Assembly: GCA_039196665.1 (NCBI GenBank)
Contig: JBCCUQ010000008.1
Span: 1,996 to 65,995, forward strand
DNA: 64,000 nucleotides
Source: Pseudomonadota bacterium
Lineage (GTDB): Bacteria > Pseudomonadota > Alphaproteobacteria > Caulobacterales > Parvularculaceae
Direction of reading: 5' to 3'
Below are positions 40,924 through 49,992 of the stretch, in pieces; the stretch's first letter is position 1, and every line of letters begins with the position of its first letter. The position numbers and the translations under genes are program-made. The notes beneath the pieces were generated by a model, which ran no database searches, was not told the DNA's origin, and saw nothing but the letters and a program-made list of their open reading frames with translations.

Positions 40924-41874
40924 TTACGACTGGTCTTCCGTCGATGTCTCGTCCCTGCCGAAGTTCGGCGCCGCTGTTTCCTGACCGGCCTCTACAATCG
41001 CACGACGCAAAGCGCGCCCGCGCGTGAACGCATCATAAAGCGCATCGCCATCACCCCACCGAATCGCGCGCTGCAGAACAGCCAGCTCTTCGGAAAACCG
41101 ACCCAGCACCTCCAGTACAGCGTCCTTGTTATTGACAAAGACATCGCGCCACATAACAGGGTCCGAGGCGGCGATACGCGTAAAGTCCCGGAAACCGCCC
41201 GCTGAATATTTAATCGTTTCCGCCTCAGTGACGGATTCAATGTCGTCAGCGGCGCCGACCAGCGTAAACGCAATCAGGTGCGGCAAGTGACTGGTCACCG
41301 CCAACGCCAAATCATGATGGGCGGCATCCATAATCTCAACATGGGCGCCGACCGCTTCCCAAAGCGCGCTCGCACGCGCAATTGCGGCTTTGTAAATATC
41401 GGTATTGCGCTGAAGCGGCGTGATGATGCACCAGCGATCTTCAAACAATGAGGCGAACCCCGCTTCCGGGCCCGACTGCTCTGTGCCCGCCACCGGATGA
41501 CAAGGCACAAACGCAATGTCATCGCGCAGTGTTTCAGCGGCGCTTGCGACCGCGCCCTTCACTGAGCCAACATCTATCACCAGAGCACCCGCAGGCGCAT
41601 GAGCATTGAGCGAAGCGCACAGCGCTTTAATTGCGCCCACAGGCGTTGCAAGAACGACAAGATCAGCCCCGGCGACCGCGCCGGCAAAATCAGGAGTCGC
41701 CTCATCGACAATGCCCAGCGCCTTTGCGCGGGTGGCGACGTCATCGTTTTGATCGTAACCGATGATCGCGTCGGCCATGTTCGACGAGCGCATTGCGCGC
41801 GCCAGCGACGATCCGATCAGCCCCGGCCCGATAAGCGCAACCTTTTTAAAGGCTGATGGATTGTCAGTCGGCAT
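40924..41874 (-). CDS. tyrA: prephenate/arogenate (cyclohexadienyl) dehydrogenase
   Basis: GPGLIGSS, HPVAGTE, SHLPH, GFRDFTRIAASDP. Confidence 0.93.
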   Translation of the reverse strand: MPTDNPSAFKKVALIGPGLIGSSLARAMRSSNMADAIIGYDQNDDVATRAKALGIVDEATPDFAGAVAGADLVVLATPVGAIKALCASLNAHAPAGALVIDVGSVKGAVASAAETLRDDIAFVPCHPVAGTEQSGPEAGFASLFEDRWCIITPLQRNTDIYKAAIARASALWEAVGAHVEIMDAAHHDLALAVTSHLPHLIAFTLVGAADDIESVTEAETIKYSAGGFRDFTRIAASDPVMWRDVFVNNKDAVLEVLGRFSEELAVLQRAIRWGDGDALYDAFTRGRALRRAIVEAGQETAAPNFGRDETSTEDQS

Positions 41875-42961
41875 GAGTGAAACGTTCTTTCAGCAATTCG
41901 ATACAACGCCGATTGCCATCCTTTTCGCCGATTGAAATACGCAGCCATTCGCCAAGCTTGTAAGGGCCCATTTCACGGACATAAACGCCGTTTGATTTCA
42001 GAAAGCCGAGAATGTCGTCAGCGTTCCGACCGGCTTCAGTAGGGAACTTCACCAAGATGAAATTTCCGAACCCTGGCACGAAATCGAGCCCCATGCCGCC
42101 AAGCTGTTGCGCCATCCAGTCGCGTTCTTCCCGATTGAACTTGCGGTTCTTTTCGACAAATGCCTGGTCTTCAAGCGCCGCAACACCCGCGGCAAGGGCG
42201 CCGGAATTGACATTAAAAGGCCCGCGCACCCGGTTCAGAACATCTGCAATCGCAGTTGAACAGTACCCCCATCCAAGACGCAACCCGCCAAGTCCGTAAA
42301 TTTTAGAAAATGTCCGTGTCATGATGACATTGTCAAAATCATCGACAAGCTGTTCGCCGCCAGCATAATCAGGCTCTTCCATATATTCCGCATAGGCTGC
42401 GTCGATGACGAGAATGATATCCTCGCGCAGATTTTCGCGCAGGCGTCGCACTTCACTATCGGGCAGATAAGTGCCGGTCGGGTTATTCGGGTTCGCCAGA
42501 AAAACGATCCGCGTGCGGTCATCAACCTCTTTAAGGATCGCATCGACGTCGGCGGTCAGATTTTTTTCCGCCGCAAAACGCGGCTCGGCGCCACAGGACT
42601 TCGCCGCCAGCGCATAAACCAGAAACCCGTGTTCCGACTGCACGATATTATCGCCGACACCCACATAGGCCTTGGTCAGAAGCTGCAGGATCTCATCGGA
42701 ACCGGACCCGCAAACCACCCGCGCTGGATCAATATTGTAAATCTCGCCAATTTTATTGCGCAAAGCGTGGGCGCCGCCGTCCGGGTACAAAAAGACGTCG
42801 CCGCCAGCGGCCTTATAGGCTTCCACCGCCAGCGGGCTCGCCCCCAGCGCCGACTCGTTCGACGAGAGTTTATATGTCTTTTGCGCGCCCTCTTCGGGCA
42901 TCGCGCCCTGCACGTAAGGTTTTATGTCCAGAATGCCTGGCTGCGGGGTCGGCTTGGTCAT
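41864..42961 (-). CDS. hisC: histidinol-phosphate aminotransferase
   Basis: KLSSNE, NPNNPTG, DAAYAEY, RTFSKIYGLGGLRLG; start at MTKP (42961). Confidence 0.95.
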   Translation of the reverse strand: MTKPTPQPGILDIKPYVQGAMPEEGAQKTYKLSSNESALGASPLAVEAYKAAGGDVFLYPDGGAHALRNKIGEIYNIDPARVVCGSGSDEILQLLTKAYVGVGDNIVQSEHGFLVYALAAKSCGAEPRFAAEKNLTADVDAILKEVDDRTRIVFLANPNNPTGTYLPDSEVRRLRENLREDIILVIDAAYAEYMEEPDYAGGEQLVDDFDNVIMTRTFSKIYGLGGLRLGWGYCSTAIADVLNRVRGPFNVNSGALAAGVAALEDQAFVEKNRKFNREERDWMAQQLGGMGLDFVPGFGNFILVKFPTEAGRNADDILGFLKSNGVYVREMGPYKLGEWLRISIGEKDGNRRCIELLKERFTHAD

Positions 42962-43025
42962 GACGGTTCTCTCAAAGCTTTCCGGCATATAGCGCTGCCG
43001 GGCGCTTCGCTTCAACCCGGCCGCC

Positions 43026-43775
43026 TTACCCCTTTGGCGGCTTTGCGTCCCGGCGCGAAGGCTGCGGCGCGGCGATCGCCGGACGAAGGGCGCGTCCCCG
43101 CGCGCTGCGCACCAGCCCCACCGGCGCCATCAAGTCCTTGGCGGCCTCGACCATGATTACACCGCCGAGCGCCGGCCAGACGCGTGCGCCCGCCCGCTCC
43201 CACGCCCTTGCGGCGCGCAATAGAACTTTCCCTGAGAAAGGCGGAAAATAGAGCGCCGAATTCCACTGAACCGCTCGAAACATCGCGCCTTCAAGAAGGC
43301 CATTCAACTGGCGCTTCAGATAGGGCCGGCCCGCCGCAAACGGCGTTGAGTCGATCATCGACCAGAGCCCGCGCCGATGAGCCGCGATAATAATCATTCG
43401 CCCATCATCAGCGAGCACACGCCACGCCTCGCGCATCAGCCGATGCGGATCAGGCGATTCTTCAAGTCCATGGATGATGAGCACCCGATCAAGACAGGCG
43501 TCTGGCAGCGGCCATTTGGTCTCACCCACAAGGCTCGCCAGATTGGGGCCGCGTCCCGGCCAGCGAATCACCCCTTGCGCCCCCGGCGAAAACGCGAGCC
43601 GCCGCACGGCGCAGGTGAACGCTTCGAGATAAGGGTTGGCGTAACCAAAACCGGCGAACGCCATCTGCGCGCCATCGCCCCATGCATCAGCCAGCCGCGC
43701 GGAAATAAAATCGCGCACCATCGCGCCCAGGGGCGAGCGGTAGAACTGGTGATATTCCAGAATGTCCGTGCGCAT
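43026..43775 (-). CDS. class I SAM-dependent methyltransferase (YafS-like)
   Basis: GFGYANPY, HGLE, REAWRVL; divergent from gloB as in many proteobacteria. Confidence 0.85.
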   Translation of the reverse strand: MRTDILEYHQFYRSPLGAMVRDFISARLADAWGDGAQMAFAGFGYANPYLEAFTCAVRRLAFSPGAQGVIRWPGRGPNLASLVGETKWPLPDACLDRVLIIHGLEESPDPHRLMREAWRVLADDGRMIIIAAHRRGLWSMIDSTPFAAGRPYLKRQLNGLLEGAMFRAVQWNSALYFPPFSGKVLLRAARAWERAGARVWPALGGVIMVEAAKDLMAPVGLVRSARGRALRPAIAAPQPSRRDAKPPKG

Positions 43776-43879
43776 ATCGCAATGTTCCTGAACGCGCGCG
43801 TTGCCGCGCGCTGCGGAGCCGTTATGCTTAGGTTATGCGGCAAGCGTCAATCGCCGCTTAACGCCGGAAAGGCCATCAC

Positions 43880-44647
43880 ATGCCGATCGAGATCCGCCAG
43901 TTTCCCTGCCTCAACGACAATTACGGGTTTTTGATCCGTGACCGCGAGAGCGGCGTAGTGGCGACGATCGATACGCCGGACGCAAACGCCATCAACGAGG
44001 AGTTGGAGAAGGCTGAATGGACGCTGACCCATATTCTGAACACCCATCACCACTGGGATCATGCTGGCGGCAATCTGGCGCTGAAAGACAAATGGCGTTG
44101 CGAGATTATCGGCCCGCAAGGCGAAGCCGACCGAATTCCCGGTCTTGATCGCGCCGTTGGAGAAGGTGATATCGTCGCGTTTGGCCAAAGCCGCGCAATC
44201 GTTCACGACACGCCGGGCCATACGTCCGGCCACATCATTTATCACTTCACGGATGATCAGGCCGCGTTTGTCGGCGACACGATCTTCGCATTGGGGTGCG
44301 GGCGATTGTTTGAAGGCACGCCGGATCAGATGTGGGCGTCGTTATCCAAAATCGCCGCCATGCCGACTGAGACAAAACTCTATTGCGCACACGAATATAC
44401 ACAAGCAAACGCCGCTTTCGCCTTGACCGTAGATCCACTCAACGAAGCGTTGAAACAACGTGCGAATGAGATCAATCGCCTGCGTGCGGAGGGAACGCCC
44501 ACCGTGCCGACCAATGTTGAAATCGAGCTGGCGACAAACCCGTTCCTTCGCGCGGAAGATGAACATCTGCAGGCCGCGCTCGGCATGAGCGGCGCGGGCG
44601 CAGTAGAGGTTTTTGCGGAGACAAGGCGGCGCAAGGATAATTTCTAG
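43880..44647 (+). CDS. gloB: hydroxyacylglutathione hydrolase
   Basis: THHHWDHAGG, TPGHT, GCGRLFEG, CAHEYT. Confidence 0.96.
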   Translation: MPIEIRQFPCLNDNYGFLIRDRESGVVATIDTPDANAINEELEKAEWTLTHILNTHHHWDHAGGNLALKDKWRCEIIGPQGEADRIPGLDRAVGEGDIVAFGQSRAIVHDTPGHTSGHIIYHFTDDQAAFVGDTIFALGCGRLFEGTPDQMWASLSKIAAMPTETKLYCAHEYTQANAAFALTVDPLNEALKQRANEINRLRAEGTPTVPTNVEIELATNPFLRAEDEHLQAALGMSGAGAVEVFAETRRRKDNF

Positions 44648-44717
44648 CAAGCGCTGAAGTTTCCCTCGCAATGACGACTGTCAGAATGCTCAAAGTATCC
44701 AATGCAGCCTGAAATCC

Positions 44718-44791
44718 TGGAGCGGGTGAAGAGAATCGAACTCTCGTCTTAAGCTTGGGAAGCTCCTGCTCTACCATTGAGCTACACCCGC
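44718..44791 (-). tRNA. tRNA-Gly(CCC)
   Basis: Minus strand GCGGGTGTAGCTCAATGGTAGAGCAGGAGCTTCCCAAGCTTAAGACGAGAGTTCGATTCTCTTCACCCGCTCCA: 74-nt cloverleaf, anticodon CCC, encoded CCA. Confidence 0.97.
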
Positions 44792-45020
44792 CCGATGACC
44801 GGAAGATTTGGGCCGCCAGATGTGGCGCGTTGGGCGAAAAACGTCAAGCTGGCGACATAAAGCCCCGTTCGGAGCCGAAAAGGTCTCGACCTGCGGGCCA
44901 AATCTCACCAAGAATTCATCTCTGCGCCGGGGCGGCGCCATATTCCGGCCCGAGCGAACGGCATTATGTTGGAAACAGCCGGTGTGTTTTGTTTTCGCCG
45001 GCATGGAAAGGAGGCCGTCA

Positions 45021-45833
45021 ATGTTGATGCGGCTTGTTGGAATTCTGGGCGCGCTCTGCGTCGCCATCGGGGTCGCGCTCGCCCCTGCACAAGCGAAAAC
45101 GAAGCGCGAAAAAGCGGAAATCCTGGTCGCCAAGTCAGCGGATACGGTAGCGTATTTCGCCAATGATCCCGCTTATGAGCCGCTGTGGGACCTTGCTGAT
45201 GACGCGAAAGCCATGGTCGTTATTCCACGGTCCCTGCGCGGCGGTTTTGTCTTCGGCGCCTCCGGCGGCAACGCGCTGATGATTGCGCGCAATGAGGATG
45301 GCAGCTGGTCGGAGCCGACCTTCTTCACTATCGGATCGATCTCGTTTGGTTTGCAGATCGGCGGTGAAGCGTCGGAATCCGTGCTGCTCGTCATGACCAA
45401 TCGCGGCATGGAGGGACTTTTGTCGTCGACCGTTAAACTCGGCGCCGATGTTTCTCTCGCCGCGGGCCCGATCGGCGGCGGCGCTAAGGCGCAGACGGCC
45501 GATATTTTGGCGTTTTCACGCTCGCGCGGACTTTATGGAGGCTTGAGCCTTGAAGGCGCTTTGCTGAAATCACGAAACAGCTGGAACCGCGAATATTACG
45601 GCGCGGACGTAACGCCGGCGGATATCATCTTCCGCGAAAAGGTCGCCCGCCCGCAATCGGCGACACTGCAAAACGCGGTCTGGGCGCTGGCCAATCGAGA
45701 TGCGCCGACAATGATGGCGCCAGTGCAGCCGACGCAGCTTGATCCGGTTACCGGCGAGCCACTGCCCGAAGAGCCGGTCTATGAGGATGACGCCGTTTAC
45801 GGCGCGCCGCTGGAGCCGATTGAAGACGAATAA
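45021..45833 (+). CDS. lipid-binding SYLF/YSC84-related protein
   Basis: RBS GGAGG, signal peptide, GFVFGASGG, SFGLQIGG, SRGLYGGLSLEG. Confidence 0.9.
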   Translation: MLMRLVGILGALCVAIGVALAPAQAKTKREKAEILVAKSADTVAYFANDPAYEPLWDLADDAKAMVVIPRSLRGGFVFGASGGNALMIARNEDGSWSEPTFFTIGSISFGLQIGGEASESVLLVMTNRGMEGLLSSTVKLGADVSLAAGPIGGGAKAQTADILAFSRSRGLYGGLSLEGALLKSRNSWNREYYGADVTPADIIFREKVARPQSATLQNAVWALANRDAPTMMAPVQPTQLDPVTGEPLPEEPVYEDDAVYGAPLEPIEDE

Positions 45834-45868
45834 GGCGTAAGACCTCACAGCAACGCGATCCTGAAGTG

Positions 45869-45900
45869 AACGCCCGCCGGTTGCCGCCGGCGGGCGTTTT
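45869..45900 (+). terminator. intrinsic terminator
   Basis: AACGCCCGCCGG-ttgccg-CCGGCGGGCGTTTT, perfect 12-bp stem. Confidence 0.75.
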
Positions 45901-45937
45901 GTCATAGCCATGGGTCGTGACGGCGGACGGGGAAAAT

Positions 45938-46891
45938 ATGGCTGACGGCCAAGCTAACAACTGCGCAGCTGCGTTCGGAAAATTTCAGCACCCGAACATA
46001 ACTGCTGACGGCGCCACGCGCGCCAGCGTAAGCCTGACACATCTGGATACGCTATGGGTCAACACCGGCACGCTCTGCAATGTGGAATGCGCCCACTGCT
46101 ATATCGAATCTTCGCCCACAAATGACCGCCTAGCCTATCTAACATGCGACGAGCTTGCGCCGTTTCTGGACGAGGCGAAAGCCATGGGCGCACGCGAAAT
46201 CGGCTTTACCGGCGGCGAGCCATTCATGAATCCGGGAATGATCGCGATGATCGAAGCATCGCTGGATCGTGGTTTTTCCGTTCTGGTATTGACCAACGCC
46301 ATGCGCCCGATGATGCGCCCCAGAATGCAGGAGCAGTTATTATCGCTGCACAAGCGTTTCGGCAAAACGCTCGCCTTGCGCGTCAGTCTCGATCATTACA
46401 GCGCCGACCGCCACGATGAAGAACGCGGGCCCGGAACCTTTGCCGTGGGCATGGAGGGCTTGATCTGGCTGGCGCGGCACGGTTTTACTTTCAGCGTCGC
46501 GGGCCGCACACTCTGGAATGAAGATGAGGCCGAAATGCGCCATGGCTTTGCCGCGCTTTTCGAAAAAACTGGCATCTCTCTTGATGCCCATGCGCCGGAG
46601 GATTTGATCCTGTTTCCGGAAATGGACGAAACAGCGCCGGTCCCCGAAATCACCGCCGAATGCTGGTCACTGCTCGATAAATCGCCCGCCGACATGATGT
46701 GCGCCAGTTCTCGCATGCTCGTTAAGCGCAAAGGCGCCGACGCGCCCGCCGTTCTTTCCTGCACGCTGCTGCCCTATGATCCGCAATTCGAAATGGGGAA
46801 AACGCTCAAAGAAGCGTCAGCACCGGTGAAGTTGAACCATCCCCATTGCGCGAAATTCTGTGTCCTTGGCGGCGCCAGCTGTTCCGGCTAA
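45938..46891 (+). CDS. radical SAM protein with Cys-rich C-terminus
   Basis: CNVECAHC (CxxxCxxC), FTGGEPF, C-terminal HCAKFCVLGGASCSG. Confidence 0.9.
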   Translation: MADGQANNCAAAFGKFQHPNITADGATRASVSLTHLDTLWVNTGTLCNVECAHCYIESSPTNDRLAYLTCDELAPFLDEAKAMGAREIGFTGGEPFMNPGMIAMIEASLDRGFSVLVLTNAMRPMMRPRMQEQLLSLHKRFGKTLALRVSLDHYSADRHDEERGPGTFAVGMEGLIWLARHGFTFSVAGRTLWNEDEAEMRHGFAALFEKTGISLDAHAPEDLILFPEMDETAPVPEITAECWSLLDKSPADMMCASSRMLVKRKGADAPAVLSCTLLPYDPQFEMGKTLKEASAPVKLNHPHCAKFCVLGGASCSG

Positions 46892-46900
46892 ACCAACCTT

Positions 46901-47569
46901 ATGCCAGCAGACGAAAACAAATCTCCGCGCGAAATTGCGCTGGAGAACCGCGAAATTGAAGGCGAAAAGCTTTATTCGCCATCGGCGGCGCGTAATCGCG
47001 ACGCCATCCGAGACGTGATCGTCGCGCATATGCCCGCCAGCGGGACCATTCTGGAAGTTGGCGGCGGCACCGGCGAACACGCTGTCCACATGGCGCGCGC
47101 GCTCCCCCACATTCAATGGCGAACGGGCGACCCGGATGCGACGTCCCGCGCCTCCATTGCCGCCTGGATCGGGGATAGCGGGCTTTCGAACCTCTATGGA
47201 CCGCATGCCATCGATGTCAGCGCTGACGACTGGGGCGTTGAGGATGCGGCGCCGTTTGCAGGGCTGGCCTCCATCAACATGATCCACATTGCGCCATTTA
47301 GTGCAGCGACAGGCCTGTTCGCTGGCGCAGGCCGGCTGCTCGTCCCTGGCGGCAAGCTATTTCTCTACGGCCCGTTTTCACGCAATGGCGCTCACACCGC
47401 GCCGTCCAACGAAGCCTTTGACGCCAGTCTGAAATCGCGAAACTCGGAGTGGGGCGTGCGAGACATTGAGCACGATCTTGCGCCATTGGCGCAGAAAAAT
47501 GCACTGACGCTCGACACAGTTGTGGAAATGCCGGCGAACAATCTTTCCCTTGTCTTCAACAAACACTGA
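46901..47569 (+). CDS. DUF938 family SAM-dependent methyltransferase
   Basis: SPSAARNRDAI, EVGGGTGEH, YGPF, MPANN. Confidence 0.92.
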   Translation: MPADENKSPREIALENREIEGEKLYSPSAARNRDAIRDVIVAHMPASGTILEVGGGTGEHAVHMARALPHIQWRTGDPDATSRASIAAWIGDSGLSNLYGPHAIDVSADDWGVEDAAPFAGLASINMIHIAPFSAATGLFAGAGRLLVPGGKLFLYGPFSRNGAHTAPSNEAFDASLKSRNSEWGVRDIEHDLAPLAQKNALTLDTVVEMPANNLSLVFNKH

Positions 47570-47636
47570 CAAGTTGCTGAAATCATTCTCTTGAATCTTC
47601 CCCAAATCTTTTTCGAAAGATTGTGGAAAAGTATGA

Positions 47637-47665
47637 TTCGACCAAGCCCGAAAAGTTGGTATCCT
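47637..47665 (+). promoter_or_regulatory. sigma70-like promoter of the candidate ncRNA
   Basis: TTCGAC-17 nt-TATCCT with TG extended -10. Confidence 0.55.
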
Positions 47666-47671
47666 GATCAT

Positions 47672-48166
47672 GTTTCGCGGTTCTATCAGGTAATTCGAAG
47701 CGTTTGCCTAGCGACGGGTTACACGAGCTAACGAAATGATGAGCAAACCAGCAGCAACGCTCAGGCGCTGACTGGAAAATTGGTCAAAGGTAGGCCAACG
47801 CGCATCTGACGAACCTGAGCGGTTCGGCTTCCAGACGAATGCGCGAAAGCGTGTTCGCAAGGAGGTCCCGGGATCGCCGTGAGCAACGGGCAAGTTGCAA
47901 ATCGGCGCGCGGCGTTAAAAGTCGAGGAAGGTGCAAGCCGGATACGGCAAGAGATGACGCGGATCTGAAAGACGCAGCGGTCGTGGCGGCTAACGAGCCT
48001 CGGGATGATGCGCCGGAAAGGTCTAGTGGCGGAAAAGCGGAGCAGTAATGTTTCGATTTAACTGTCGCGTCGGAGAACATTCGGATTCTCACTGGATTGG
48101 GGTGTCCTTCGATATTCCGCGAGAGCGGACGAAAGGGAGTTGCTTCGGCAGCTCCCTTTTTGTTTT
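47672..48166 (+). ncRNA. candidate large (~500 nt) structured non-coding RNA
   Basis: No credible ORF; run of short hairpins with GNRA/UUCG loops; upstream promoter-like box and downstream terminator. 5' end is estimated. Confidence 0.7.
48132..48166 (+). terminator. intrinsic terminator
   Basis: AAAGGGAGTTGC-TTCG-GCAGCTCCCTTTTTGTTTT. Confidence 0.88.
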
Positions 48167-48216
48167 ATTATTAGGCTTTCTCGGGTTGCTTCGACCGGCA
48201 GCACATTAGCGCGCCG

Positions 48217-49317
48217 TCACCGAAAATGCTTCGACAGCTTCAACCCCTGCCCCTGATAGTTTGACTTCACATCCGCGCCGTAAAGCTGCTCAGGACGCTT
48301 GGCCATACGCTCATAGACGAGGCGCGCCACCAATTGCCCATCCTCGAGCACGAAGGGCGCATCATGGCTTCTAACTTCAAGAACTGCGCGCGATCCGTTA
48401 GCACCGCCCCCTGCCCTTTCTGCCGACCATCCGAAGCCAGGGTCGAAAAAGCCTGCATAATGCACGCGAAACTCGCCGAGGCCGGGATTGATCGGTGTCA
48501 TTTCCGCTGCATAGTCCGGCGGAATGACCAGCGCCTCTTTGGAGGCCAGAATATAAAACTCATCCGGATCAAGAATGATAAAGCCGGATTTTTGCGAACC
48601 CAGCGGTTCAAAAAAATCATTGGCGTCGAGCGCGCCCGGTTGGTCAACATCGATTAGCCCTGAATGGCGTCGGGCGCGCCAGCCGATGATTGCATCGTCA
48701 GTTTTCAGCGAAACACTTAAGCCCAGCCCACCGTCGATATCGCTGTCGCCATCAACCAGCGGGCTTTCTTTGTCCAGTGCGCGCAGCGCGTCATCATCAA
48801 GGCGAAAATCGCCGCGTTTCAAACGCAATTGGTTCAGGCTCGACCCGGTGCGCGCAAAAATTGAAAACGTCCGGGGGCTGATCTCTGCGTATAATGGCCC
48901 GTCATAGCCCGCAGGGACTTCGTCAAACGCCGCGCCGTGATCCGTAACCAGACGCACAAAGACATCGATACGGCCTGTGGAACTTTTGGGGTTGGCGGCG
49001 CCGGAAACATCCGCCGGCAGGCGTAGCCGTTCGTTCAACTCGACGAGATAAACACAACCGCGTTCAAAAACGACGCCGCCTTTCAGGCTGAAGGCGTTCA
49101 TGACGAGGCCATCATCAAGGCGGGCGGCGACCGTGCGCGCACGCGATGGCAGGAATGACGCGCGCACCCGCCATGCGCGTGTCCCAAGGGTCAGATCAAG
49201 ACTCGCCGGTTGCAGCCGCGAAGGCGAAGCCCCCGTGATCTCACCGCGCCGCATAAGCTCTGCGATCATCCCTGCGGCGAAGACGCCGTCTTTTCTATCC
49301 AATTTCACATCATCCAT
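48217..49317 (-). CDS. dcd: 2'-deoxycytidine 5'-triphosphate deaminase (alphaproteobacterial duplicated-domain type)
   Basis: QPASLDL, ANPKSSTGRIDVF, HYAGFFDPGFG, YQGQGLKLSKHF; start placed at 49317. Confidence 0.9.
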   Translation of the reverse strand: MDDVKLDRKDGVFAAGMIAELMRRGEITGASPSRLQPASLDLTLGTRAWRVRASFLPSRARTVAARLDDGLVMNAFSLKGGVVFERGCVYLVELNERLRLPADVSGAANPKSSTGRIDVFVRLVTDHGAAFDEVPAGYDGPLYAEISPRTFSIFARTGSSLNQLRLKRGDFRLDDDALRALDKESPLVDGDSDIDGGLGLSVSLKTDDAIIGWRARRHSGLIDVDQPGALDANDFFEPLGSQKSGFIILDPDEFYILASKEALVIPPDYAAEMTPINPGLGEFRVHYAGFFDPGFGWSAERAGGGANGSRAVLEVRSHDAPFVLEDGQLVARLVYERMAKRPEQLYGADVKSNYQGQGLKLSKHFR

Positions 49318-49545
49318 AAGACCGGTTTGCCCGTCGCGAGCCCGGCGCGCAAGATCGTCATGCGCGAGCCTCGCCCTCCATTTTCCCCGTCCCGTTGAAA
49401 TGCATGTCCTGTCTGGCGCTTTGCCCCGGCGCGGACTAAACTGCACCCTTTGGTCGGCGTCATGCGTTAAAGCTATGGGCGCGACTGATTGGGCAAGGAC
49501 GTTCAGCAATTGGGACGGCGAAGAGAAAATCGACGGCACTCAGCC

Positions 49546-49938
49546 ATGTATGAGCGCATTACGCGCGGCATTCGCGTGAGCGTCAGCCCGCATTATCTTG
49601 AGGATCAATCTGATCCTGAAGAGCCGCGCTATGTCTGGGCCTATACCGTTCGCATTGATAACGAGTCCGCGGAAAGCGTACAGCTGCGCGGGCGGTACTG
49701 GCGCATCACGGACGCCAAAGGTTTTACCGACGAGGTCGCCGGCGACGGCGTTGTCGGCGAGCAGCCGGTCATTCGCCCGGGCGAAGGTTTCGAATATACG
49801 TCGGGGGCGCCGCTGACGACGCCATCGGGCCTGATGGTCGGGCGATACAGCATGGAAACGCCGGAGGGCGAGGCGTTCGAAGTCGACATCCCGGCGTTCT
49901 CCCTCGACAGCCCTCACGAATTACGCCAGATCCACTAG
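49546..49938 (+). CDS. apaG: ApaG protein
   Basis: [28 protein letters not shown]. Confidence 0.96.
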   Translation: MYERITRGIRVSVSPHYLEDQSDPEEPRYVWAYTVRIDNESAESVQLRGRYWRITDAKGFTDEVAGDGVVGEQPVIRPGEGFEYTSGAPLTTPSGLMVGRYSMETPEGEAFEVDIPAFSLDSPHELRQIH

Positions 49939-49992
49939 GCGAATAAGGACCGCCGCAGGACATGTGTAATCCTGTGCGCCGGCATTGATCAG

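Noticed and set aside
44648-44791. Genomic island at tRNA-Gly(CCC)
   Set aside because: Only 70 bp separate the tRNA 3' end from gloB; no integrase or duplicated 3' end seen.
45938-46891. Selenocysteine readthrough in the radical SAM gene
   Set aside because: No in-frame TGA; the ORF ends at TAA.
47672-48166. Identity of the large RNA as RNase P, tmRNA, 6S, SRP or a group II intron; or coding by ORFs 47708-48092
   Set aside because: GAGGAAAGTCC, tRNA-like tmRNA ends and intron domain V are not seen; the short ORFs are low-complexity and lack an RBS.
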